Shown one piece after another: positions 34,148-42,948 of a DNA stretch of 64,000 bases. This stretch comes from Cyanobacteria bacterium P01_F01_bin.150 (GTDB taxonomy: Bacteria; Cyanobacteriota; Cyanobacteriia; CAKZMO01). The stretch is taken from NCBI GenBank assembly GCA_039189765.1, contig JBCCYL010000006.1, forward strand, positions 1 to 64,000, given 5' to 3'. A model generated the notes under the pieces. That model did not search any database and was not told the origin of the DNA. It worked only from the letters and a program-made list of their open reading frames with translations. The stretch's first letter is position 1, and each line of letters starts with the position of its first letter. The position numbers and the translations under genes were made by a program.

Positions 34148-36934
34148 ATGGCTTTTGCCTCAAGTTTCAATCTGGTTAACCTGAATGGCAGTAACGGGTT
34201 TGTTATCAACGGCATTAATGCGGATGACGAATCTGGTTTTTCCGTCAGCGGGGCTGGCGATATTAATGGTGACGGCATTAGCGATCTGATTATTGGCGCG
34301 GATTATGCTGACCCAAATGGAAACTCCAAAGCAGGAGAAAGCTATGTCGTATTCGGTTCCCAAAACGGATTTAGCAATAGTCTGAATCTTTCAGCACTCA
34401 ATGGTAGTAACGGGTTCATCATCAACGGGATTGATCCTGATGATAGAGCTGGTTATTTTGTCAGCAGTGCAGGTGATGTTAATGGTGACGGCCTCAGTGA
34501 CCTGATTATCGGCGCACCTTATGCGGATCCCGACGGGAAGTCTGACGCAGGCGAAGGCTATGTCATATTTGGTTCCCGGAGTAGATTTGGTAGCCGTTTG
34601 AATCTTTCGGCACTCAATGGCAGTAACGGGTTTGTCATCAACGGTATAGACCCTGATGATAACGCCGGTATTGCGGTTAGCAGTGCGGGCGATGTTAATG
34701 GCGACGGCATTGATGACCTGATTATCGCAGCAGATTTTGCAGATCCCGGCGGAAAATCTAATGCAGGGGAAACCTATGTTGTCTTTGGCTCTCGAAGCGG
34801 ATTTGGCCGTAGTTTTAACCTGTCGGCACTCAATGGCAGTAATGGGTTCATCATCAATGGTATTGATGATGATGATAGATCTGGTATTGCTGTCAGCGGC
34901 GCGGGCGATATCAATGGTGACGGTATTAGTGACCTGATTATCGGTTCAGATTATGCTGATCCCAATGGAAAGTCGAACGCAGGGGAAAGCTATGTTGTAT
35001 TTGGCTCCCGGAACGGATTTAGTAATAGTCTGAACCTGTCGGAACTTAATGGTAGTAACGGATTTGTTATCAATGGTATTGATGCTGATGATAACGCGGG
35101 TATTGCTGTCAGCGGTGCGGGCGATATTAATGGTGACGGTATTAGTGATCTGATTATTGGAGCACAGTATGCGGATCCGAATGGAAAATCGAACGCAGGG
35201 GAAAGTTATGTCGTATTTGGGTCCCGGAGCGGATTTGGCCGTAGTCTGAATCTTTCGGCACTTAATGGCAGTAACGGGTTTGTTATCAATGGTATTGATG
35301 CTGATGATAACGCGGGTATTGCTGTCAGCGGCGCGGGCGATATTAATGGTGACGGTATTAGTGATCTAATTATTGGAGCAGATTATGCCGATCCCAATGG
35401 GAATTCCAAAGCAGGGGAAAGCTATGTTATATTTGGCTCCCGGAATGGATTTAGCAGTAGTCTAAACCTATCGACGCTCAATGGCAGTAACGGGTTTGTC
35501 ATCAATGGCATTAATGCTTCTGGCTTTTCTGGCGCTGCTGTCAGCAATGCTGGGGATATCAATAATGATGGGATTGATGACCTGATTATCGGAGCATATG
35601 GAGTTAATTTAGGGAGTAAAAGGAATGCTGGGGCCAGCTATGTGGTTTTTGGCTTGCCCACGGTCAGTATCATTCCGACGATCGCCACAGCAACCGAAGG
35701 CGGCACTCCAGCAAGCGTTACCATTTCTCGTGGGAAGGCCTTTGGGGGCAATTTAGCGGTGAAGCTGACGCTGGCGGGAACTGCTAGCAGCAGCGATTAC
35801 CGCTTTAGCACTGGGACCCTCAACGGTAATGAGCTAACCGTGACGATTCCAGATGGACAAACCAGTGTGGTAGTGGGGGTCACCGCTACAGATGATGCAT
35901 TGATTGAGGCCAACGAGACGTTGACCCTGACGGTGGCGAATAATGCGGCCTACAGTGTCAGTAACACCAATAACAGTAGTAGCCTGACCCTATCGAGTAA
36001 TGATGTCGCGGGGTTCACCCTGGACAAAACGACAGCGACAGTCAGCGAAGCGGGTACCACGGACAGCGTGACGGTGGTGCTGGATGCCCAACCCAGCGCG
36101 GATGTGGTCTTGAGCGTTACCAGTAGTGACACCACAGAAGTGGCGCTCAATCCAACCACACTGACCTTTACCTCCGCGAATTGGAATCAGGCCCAAACGG
36201 TGAATCTAAAGGGAGTCGATGATAACGACGTTGACGTTGACCAGTTGAGCACGGTCACCGTAAGCGTAGTGGATGGCAGCAGTGATGATGCCTTTGATGC
36301 ACTGGCAGACCAAACGATCGCTGTGACCACTACGCTAGCCAATATGGGGACGTTGCCACGGCGTAAGCAAAAGGGCCGAAGCGGCGATCGCATCAAAGGC
36401 ACCCAAAAAGCCGATCGACTCACGGGGACAAAGGATAAAGACATTATCCTGGGCCGTAATGGTAGAGACAAGCTCAAAGGGGGTAACAGTCACGATGATA
36501 TCCGAGGCGGCAAGGGGAATGACAAGCTCTTTGGCGGCAAGGGGAATGACGAGCTTAGGGGTGGCAAGGGTCGGGACCGACTGGTTGGCCAACAAGGCAA
36601 CGATCGTTTAGTGGGTGGTTTGGGCAATGATGTTCTTATCGGTGGTCCAGGTCGGGACACCTATGTTTACCAGAGCCTCAGGGATGGCGTAGATACGATT
36701 AGAAAGTTCGAGGCAAACAAAGATGTTTTCGATCTCACTGAAATCTTCAAGAATTCGATCTTTACAGGTGACAACGATTTCCTCCGGTTTATCAACTATG
36801 TTGAGCTAGCGGAAGTCAACGGCAGCACTGAAGTTCGGGTTGATGCCGATGGCAACGGCAGTGACACCGCAATGATGACCCTAGCGGTGGTCCAGGGTCG
36901 AACCGGACTCAGTTCCACAAACTTTATTCTGTAG
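34148..36934 (+). CDS. FG-GAP + Calx-beta/Ig-like + RTX protein, paralog 2 (tandem duplicate)
   Basis: Same architecture with seven FG-GAP repeats. RBS aggagg. The C-terminal part is nearly identical to paralog 1. Confidence 0.9.
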   Translation: MAFASSFNLVNLNGSNGFVINGINADDESGFSVSGAGDINGDGISDLIIGADYADPNGNSKAGESYVVFGSQNGFSNSLNLSALNGSNGFIINGIDPDDRAGYFVSSAGDVNGDGLSDLIIGAPYADPDGKSDAGEGYVIFGSRSRFGSRLNLSALNGSNGFVINGIDPDDNAGIAVSSAGDVNGDGIDDLIIAADFADPGGKSNAGETYVVFGSRSGFGRSFNLSALNGSNGFIINGIDDDDRSGIAVSGAGDINGDGISDLIIGSDYADPNGKSNAGESYVVFGSRNGFSNSLNLSELNGSNGFVINGIDADDNAGIAVSGAGDINGDGISDLIIGAQYADPNGKSNAGESYVVFGSRSGFGRSLNLSALNGSNGFVINGIDADDNAGIAVSGAGDINGDGISDLIIGADYADPNGNSKAGESYVIFGSRNGFSSSLNLSTLNGSNGFVINGINASGFSGAAVSNAGDINNDGIDDLIIGAYGVNLGSKRNAGASYVVFGLPTVSIIPTIATATEGGTPASVTISRGKAFGGNLAVKLTLAGTASSSDYRFSTGTLNGNELTVTIPDGQTSVVVGVTATDDALIEANETLTLTVANNAAYSVSNTNNSSSLTLSSNDVAGFTLDKTTATVSEAGTTDSVTVVLDAQPSADVVLSVTSSDTTEVALNPTTLTFTSANWNQAQTVNLKGVDDNDVDVDQLSTVTVSVVDGSSDDAFDALADQTIAVTTTLANMGTLPRRKQKGRSGDRIKGTQKADRLTGTKDKDIILGRNGRDKLKGGNSHDDIRGGKGNDKLFGGKGNDELRGGKGRDRLVGQQGNDRLVGGLGNDVLIGGPGRDTYVYQSLRDGVDTIRKFEANKDVFDLTEIFKNSIFTGDNDFLRFINYVELAEVNGSTEVRVDADGNGSDTAMMTLAVVQGRTGLSSTNFIL

Positions 36935-39260
36935 ACTCGTTATCTTCTGACAGGAGTGGTTCGAGCAATTCCGCAATCTTGCGATACTGATATCCCCTGG
37001 CTAAGTTCATCAGATATTTTGTTACCGCTGTATGGGGCTTAGGCATGGTTGCCAGTAAATCCTTTACCTGCTGACCATCTAACTTAAATGCGGCTAGATG
37101 TAGCTCATACCGCCAGTCATGGGGCATGGCAGTGAGTTGGGCTGCGATCGCTTTGGGGCTTAAGGGAACCGTTGTGATCACCCTTCTGACTCCTTGAGAC
37201 GCTGCTTTTGCGGCTGACTCAGCTTCGGCAGGGTCTACCTGAACGTTAGCGGTGAAGCTAAAGACAGTTCCTTTCCCCACCTGACTAGAAACCTTGATAT
37301 CTCCTCCCATCAGCTGTACAAGCTGTTTACTAATGGCTAAGCCTAATCCAGTTCCTGTTTTTGTATTTTCACCACTTTCCGTTTGCACAAAAGGCTCAAA
37401 AAGTTTGTGTAGCTCCGATGCTGCAATCCCGTCCCCCGTATCTTCTACTTCAAACCTTAACTCAAGTGCCTGTGGCAGCTGACGATCTTCCACTCGCAGA
37501 ACAATGGTTCCAGCGTGGGTAAATTTGAGGGCATTGCTCAGCAAGTTAATTAGGATCTGCCGCAGCTTGGGGGCATCGCCAATCAGCTTCTGGGGAATCG
37601 TTTGGGAAACCTCAACGACAAACGTCAGTCTCTTTTGTTCCATCCGGATCCGAAACAAGGCCTCAACGGTTTCAATCAAATCCTTCAGCTCAAAGGACTC
37701 TTTATTTAAGGTTTGTTTATCGGATTCCAGTTTCGTTAGGGTCAAAATATCGTTGATTAGCCCCAGGAAATGTTCTCCAGCACTATTAATTGAGCGCACG
37801 CGGCTTTGGTTATTCTCAGAGAGTGTGTGGTCTTGAGCCATGAGCTGACTGAACCCCAAAATAGCGTTGAGCGGAGTACGTAACTCATGACTCATCTGCG
37901 CTAAAAAACGACTCTTGGCTCGACTGGCAGCCTCAGCGGCCTCTCTAGCCTGGCCTAACTCAATATTCGATTGCTGAAGTTTGGCATTGGATTGTTGAAG
38001 TTCTGAGGTACGCTCAGCCACTTTAATTTCCAATTCTGACTTTGCCTGTTCCAGGAGCGCAACCATTTGCTGCTGCGCTTTGATTTTGGTTTGAATAACG
38101 CGATCATATTGATAAAAAGCCGCTAGCCCCGCACTATTCAAAATTAGCCCGGCAGCTGCGGGAACTAAAGGTATCCACCATCCCACCAACAGTGCTAAAT
38201 AGCTGATACCCGTCACCCCAACAGCGCTAATCGAGACCCAAAACAAACTTTGGAGGGGCGATCGCCCATATCTTGCAAACCCAATCCCTAGAAGTCCCCA
38301 GACTAAAATCCATAGATACTCGACCCATTCAGGCCAACTCTTAATCAGAGGACGTTGTTCAAGGGCTGCATGGACAATTTGGCTTGCGGCATGAGCCTGA
38401 ATTTCCACTCCATAGACAAAGTTATCGTCCTGGTTAACGGTGGAGGGGGTAGCGACATTAAAGTGATCCTGGATACTGGAGGCGGTGCTGCCGATTAGGA
38501 CAATGCGATCGCGCACCCATTCAGGGTCGACATTGCCTGCTAAAACATCTCGAAATGAAACCGCCCGAAAGGCATTGGCCCCCTTACGAAAGTTCAGCAG
38601 CATTTGCATATCAGCTCCCCCCGCATTCGTGCCAACGTAGCTACCAAAATTTGCATAAACTCGGGGCAACTCAGCCTTACCAAATCTCATGGTGGAGCGA
38701 TCGCGCACCCCACTTTCCAATGGAATCCCTTCAGCGTCTAAATACGCCTTGGCTAGCAATAGGCCCAGGGAAAATCGAAATCCCCCATCCGTCTGCACAC
38801 CTAACATCGCCCGCCGTAGTCGACCATCCTCATCTGGAGGAACATCAACAAACCCAATCTGATCAGAGGGGAGGTTGGGCGGTGGTGCAACTTTTGGCGG
38901 CAAAACCCGTTCAATCCCGATTAGGTTGTCCATCGACTGCATTGTCATCGCCAATTCAGAGTAGCCCGGCTCAACGGGCAAATCTCTAAATAAATCAAGG
39001 CCGATGGCACGGGGCTGATGGCGCTGCAGATTTTGCAGCACTAGGGCCAACTGTTGATCAGGAATCGGATAGGTCCCTACTGCTCGAATCGATTGCTCAT
39101 CAATGCCTACTAGCAAGAGCCGCTCGTCTGGGGATTCAGAGGGGTGCGATCTTAAAAAGGCATCCAAAATCCGCCACTCTAATAATTGAAACGCCCCGGC
39201 TAATCGTCCCCCTATAATCAGCAGCAAAAACAGCAAGCCGGATAGCAGCCCAAACTGCAT
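36924..39260 (-). CDS. CHASE2-domain sensor histidine kinase (start uncertain; frame open to 39482)
   Basis: CHASE2 motifs LLLVGIDE, IGLDLFRD, DGRLRR, VLIG, GVEIQAH. Three TM helices. H-box MSHELRTPLN. LRQILINLLSNA and GTGLGL. Confidence 0.9.
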   Translation of the reverse strand: MQFGLLSGLLFLLLIIGGRLAGAFQLLEWRILDAFLRSHPSESPDERLLLVGIDEQSIRAVGTYPIPDQQLALVLQNLQRHQPRAIGLDLFRDLPVEPGYSELAMTMQSMDNLIGIERVLPPKVAPPPNLPSDQIGFVDVPPDEDGRLRRAMLGVQTDGGFRFSLGLLLAKAYLDAEGIPLESGVRDRSTMRFGKAELPRVYANFGSYVGTNAGGADMQMLLNFRKGANAFRAVSFRDVLAGNVDPEWVRDRIVLIGSTASSIQDHFNVATPSTVNQDDNFVYGVEIQAHAASQIVHAALEQRPLIKSWPEWVEYLWILVWGLLGIGFARYGRSPLQSLFWVSISAVGVTGISYLALLVGWWIPLVPAAAGLILNSAGLAAFYQYDRVIQTKIKAQQQMVALLEQAKSELEIKVAERTSELQQSNAKLQQSNIELGQAREAAEAASRAKSRFLAQMSHELRTPLNAILGFSQLMAQDHTLSENNQSRVRSINSAGEHFLGLINDILTLTKLESDKQTLNKESFELKDLIETVEALFRIRMEQKRLTFVVEVSQTIPQKLIGDAPKLRQILINLLSNALKFTHAGTIVLRVEDRQLPQALELRFEVEDTGDGIAASELHKLFEPFVQTESGENTKTGTGLGLAISKQLVQLMGGDIKVSSQVGKGTVFSFTANVQVDPAEAESAAKAASQGVRRVITTVPLSPKAIAAQLTAMPHDWRYELHLAAFKLDGQQVKDLLATMPKPHTAVTKYLMNLARGYQYRKIAELLEPLLSEDNESTE

Positions 39261-39505
39261 CCCGTGACGACCTCCAGTCCGCTGATGTTTGCCCAATGAA
39301 AAACTCCAATGCCCAAATCGGATGTCAGTTGCCACAAGCACTTTAAAAAAATTTAAATCAAAAACCGGAATGGTCCCCAATACTCTGGAATTTATAAGGA
39401 AGCATCTAAAACACCAAAGATGAAGAGGACTATTCCCCCTTCTCTTCGCGATTCTCTGCACTACCCAATGATAGCTAACCATTTTAGCCCGTTAGGAGTT
39501 TAAAT

Positions 39506-40333
39506 TTGCGCAAGTTAATCTTAGATCTATTCCTTGGCCCCTCTGTTAAACGGTTATTTGGGTTCCGCATTAAGACGGACCGATTGAACGATGGTGTCGA
39601 TGCTTTGCGCCCACGCAATTGGCTTCAAGGTAGGCCCCGTCAACTGGCAGCAGGTCTATTCTTTACCTCTTTGACGATGGTTCCTGCCACTGCATGGGCT
39701 CAACCCTATCAACCCCCTACGGGAGATCCCCCGAGTGGTTCTATTTTATCGAGTGGAACCCGTGATAGCTGTGGCGAAAACTATGAGATTCCGCTAACGG
39801 TTTTGGCCCCAGCTCAGCACGTGGGGCAAACCAGTACCACGACTCCAACGCTCACTTGGTTTGTGCCAACCACCGATTCTTATCGCATCCAGCTTTCCCT
39901 TTACACGATTCATGACAATCAGCCGCCTGCATTACTACAGCAAATTCAGTACGTAGAAGATGACGCAGGAATCGTCAGTTTTACGCTGCCAGAGGAAGAG
40001 TTCCAGCTCAATCCAGGGCAGCGTTATCTGTGGGAGGTGAACCTTGCCTGCACGCCAGACGCTCCTATGTATAGCCAACTGTTTGTTTCCGAGTTAGAGA
40101 TCCAAGAACCGTCTGCCTCGCTGCTTTCGGGTATTGCGGCCGCTCAAACACCGCTGGAAAGAGCGGAAATTTATGCGGGTGCGGGGTACTGGTATGACAC
40201 CCTACGCGAAGCTTTAATTGCTGCCCAAAATCCAGATACTGATGATTTAGCAAGGTCTTTACTGTATCAGTTGGCTGAGTCTGAAGGGGGTATACATGGT
40301 CAGTTTTTAACCCAAATCGCAGACACAATGTAA
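39506..40333 (+). CDS. DUF928 domain protein
   Basis: YQPPTGDPPSG...SSGTR...LTVLAP...GQT.TT.PTL.WFVP...Y.W...C...YA.AG.WYDTL; sits next to a CHASE2 gene. Confidence 0.85.
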   Translation: MRKLILDLFLGPSVKRLFGFRIKTDRLNDGVDALRPRNWLQGRPRQLAAGLFFTSLTMVPATAWAQPYQPPTGDPPSGSILSSGTRDSCGENYEIPLTVLAPAQHVGQTSTTTPTLTWFVPTTDSYRIQLSLYTIHDNQPPALLQQIQYVEDDAGIVSFTLPEEEFQLNPGQRYLWEVNLACTPDAPMYSQLFVSELEIQEPSASLLSGIAAAQTPLERAEIYAGAGYWYDTLREALIAAQNPDTDDLARSLLYQLAESEGGIHGQFLTQIADTM

Positions 40334-40696
40334 ATGTAGTGGTTCCTCAGGCGAGGAAAAAGATTTATCTGTCGCGGCAGGTGGATCAGCAGTTGCGGCA
40401 ATTGTGTCGGGAAGGGGAGTTTGCTTCCACCCAGTCAAGATATCAAGTAATTTATTGATGATTAAAGGGTCGCGATCGCTTGTGGCGATTCAGATGGAGG
40501 CGATCGTCTTTGGGTGAAAGAGGGGGCGATCGCCTCTTAAGGATTAGGTGCAGCCCAGAACCTCCGCTTCTTTCAGGCCAAAGACTATCAGGGGATCTTC
40601 TCTCATCGCTAGGAGGCGTGATCGCCCATCTTTATCAGCTAATTCTTCTCATCCAACCAAACCCTCTCTGGATTTGGCACCAAAGAACTGGCAGCC

Positions 40697-41038
40697 TTAC
40701 CTGCGGACATTGTGTAGCATCAAACTCATGTTACTACCAGTTCCCCCTGTGGGTGGTGGCGTCCCTGCATCGGGAGGTGGAACATAGGGTACGCTTTTAT
40801 TTTGGATATGAGTAGCTGAGATATGAGTAGCTGGGATATTTCCGAGAAGGATCGCATGAACGGGTAGGGCAAATGATGACATTCCTAAAAGGGAAACGCT
40901 AGAGGCGATCGCCCTACCCGTAATCCATCGTAGGCTGGGCTGAAGAGTTGGCTTGATTGCGGAGGTTACATTGATTGCTTTGGGCAAACACGATGTAGAC
41001 ATGGAGGCTAAGGGATTAGATGGAATGTTAATGACCAT
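40697..41038 (-). CDS. Small putative secreted protein with a DUF928-like N-terminal Pro/Gly motif
   Basis: Hydrophobic AIASSVSLLGMSSFALPVHA, then YVPPPDAGTPPPTGGTGS. RBS-like spacing is unclear. Confidence 0.5.
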   Translation of the reverse strand: MVINIPSNPLASMSTSCLPKAINVTSAIKPTLQPSLRWITGRAIASSVSLLGMSSFALPVHAILLGNIPATHISATHIQNKSVPYVPPPDAGTPPPTGGTGSNMSLMLHNVRR

Positions 41039-41444
41039 TTTTTGGCAACAAAGAAAGAGAACCTTCGAACTCAGTGTCCAAGAAGATGGAATCAGTCTGT
41101 CTTGTTCTAACTGTAGTGGGACTCGATAGCAGAAACCTCATAAAACTCATCCCCTGACCCCATAAGAAATCTCATAAATAGGTTTTGACCTTAACCGAAA
41201 CGAAATAACGGAAAATCAGTGAGCTTCGCCACGAGAAAGCAGCCAATTTTTGCGTAGGATGGGTTACGCTGTCGCTAACACACCCTACGCTGTAGATAAA
41301 CTAATTTTTTCGAGGTACGGACATAATGGCTAACGAGAAAGTAAATAAATATCTCGTTTGGGCTATCCATTACTGTGTAAGGATATATGGTCGTAAGTAG
41401 AATCAAATATAGCCCTTACCATCTAAAGTGTGTCCTAAAATTCC

Positions 41445-42788
41445 ATGAATCTCGATTCGCTCCTTGAGGTTGTTAATTGCAACTTGATAGAGGGCAACAG
41501 TCGTCCTCTGAGTTCTCCAGAGGTAATAATTCTGCGAGGTGTTTGGCAGTACCAAACCTATACCCAGATTGCATTAGAGGAAGGTTATAGTTCTGGTTAC
41601 TTTACTAATGTAGTGGCTCCAGAACTGTGGAAGCGCTTGTCTCAGCTAACGGGGCAACATATCACCAAAAAAAATTGCCGCAAGTTGCTAGAGGGCTATG
41701 CTGAAGCCCAGCAGAATCGACCAGTGACGCTGGTAGAAACTAGCGACAACGCACCTAGAGTGGAGCATCAGGGTAATAGTGGTGTCGTTCGATATCCGAG
41801 TGGTTCTGTTCCCCTGGATTCTCCCCATTACATGGAGCGATCGCCCGTTGAGACCCAAGCCTATGACGAAATCCAAAAACCGGGAGCACTTATCCGCATT
41901 AAAGCCCCCCAGGAGATGGGAAAAACATCATTGCTTCTACGAATTTTAGATCGAGCCAATGCGTTAGGCTATCGCACGGTGAGTCTAAATGTGCAGCAGG
42001 TGGATGAGTCGATTCTTCAAGACCTCAACCGCTTTTTGCGATGGCTTTGTGCCAATGTCACCCGTCAACTCAAGTTAACCTCAAAGCTAGATGACTATTG
42101 GGATGAAGATATTGGCGGCAAAATTAGCTGTACGCTTTATTTCCAAGACTATTTACTGGAGGACGTGAAAGAGCCGTTTGTGCTGGCGTTGGATGAGGTC
42201 AATCAGCTTTTTGAACATCCACAGGTGGCTAAAGATGTATTGCCATTGTTGCGATCGTGGTATGAAGAGGCGAAGCGATTGCCCATTTGGCGCAAGTTGC
42301 GATTGGTTGTGGTGCATTCCACCGAAATTTATGTGCCCCTGAATCTAAAGCAGTCCCCCTTTAATGTGGGGTTACCGCTACAGTTAGAGTGTTTCAATCC
42401 AGACCAAATTGAACAATTAGCTCAGCAGTATGGGTTGAATTGGCAAAACGATGAGGCTCAACAGTTAATGACCCTGGTGGGCGGACATCCGGCCCTCGTT
42501 AATATTGCCCTGTATCATCTCAGTTGTAATGAGATTACCCTAGAACAACTGTTGGAAACAGCTAATCAAACGACGGGGATTTATCATTCCCATCTCCAGC
42601 GGCATCGGGCACGATTAGAGGAGCAGCCTGAATTACGCCTCAGTTTAGATGCGATTACTGCGGCGGCGGAGCCTGTTTCGTTAGAACCCATGATTACCTA
42701 TCAGCTATACAGCATGGGGTTGATTAAACAGGTGGGCGATAAGGTGATGCCAAGCTGTGAGTTATATCGATCGTCGTTCGCGCATTAG
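41445..42788 (+). CDS. HTH + AAA_35 (AAA-like) ATPase protein
   Basis: N-terminal LS..E..IL.GVWQ..TY.QIA...GYS..Y....APELW..LS...G..ITKKN. AAA_35 motifs GSVPLDSPHYMER, IKAPQEMGKTSL, LALDEVN, SPFNVG and GGHPAL. Confidence 0.88.
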   Translation: MNLDSLLEVVNCNLIEGNSRPLSSPEVIILRGVWQYQTYTQIALEEGYSSGYFTNVVAPELWKRLSQLTGQHITKKNCRKLLEGYAEAQQNRPVTLVETSDNAPRVEHQGNSGVVRYPSGSVPLDSPHYMERSPVETQAYDEIQKPGALIRIKAPQEMGKTSLLLRILDRANALGYRTVSLNVQQVDESILQDLNRFLRWLCANVTRQLKLTSKLDDYWDEDIGGKISCTLYFQDYLLEDVKEPFVLALDEVNQLFEHPQVAKDVLPLLRSWYEEAKRLPIWRKLRLVVVHSTEIYVPLNLKQSPFNVGLPLQLECFNPDQIEQLAQQYGLNWQNDEAQQLMTLVGGHPALVNIALYHLSCNEITLEQLLETANQTTGIYHSHLQRHRARLEEQPELRLSLDAITAAAEPVSLEPMITYQLYSMGLIKQVGDKVMPSCELYRSSFAH

Positions 42789-42899
42789 GGATGTGCGGGG
42801 AAATCACATACCAATGTTGCGTAGGATGGGCAAAACGAATGTGTGCCCATCAGCCAAACGTTTTGATGGGCACGTCCTATCGTCCTTTGCCCATCCTAC
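42786..42899. repeat. Partial MITE-like element containing a 79-bp GTAG REP-like nested palindrome
   Basis: gtaggatgggcaaa...tttgcccatcctac (42821-42899) is nearly identical to 62344-62422. The left flank tagggatgtgcggggaaatcacatacc matches 62309-62336. Confidence 0.8.
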
Positions 42900-42948
42900 T
42901 CCCGGTACTAGCCCACCTAAACGATACACAACAGCTCAAATTAGGATC

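Noticed and set aside
42757..42948. 64-aa N-terminal extension of the second kinase
   Set aside because: It is read through the REP/MITE element. The kinase-like sequence begins at the ATG at 42949.
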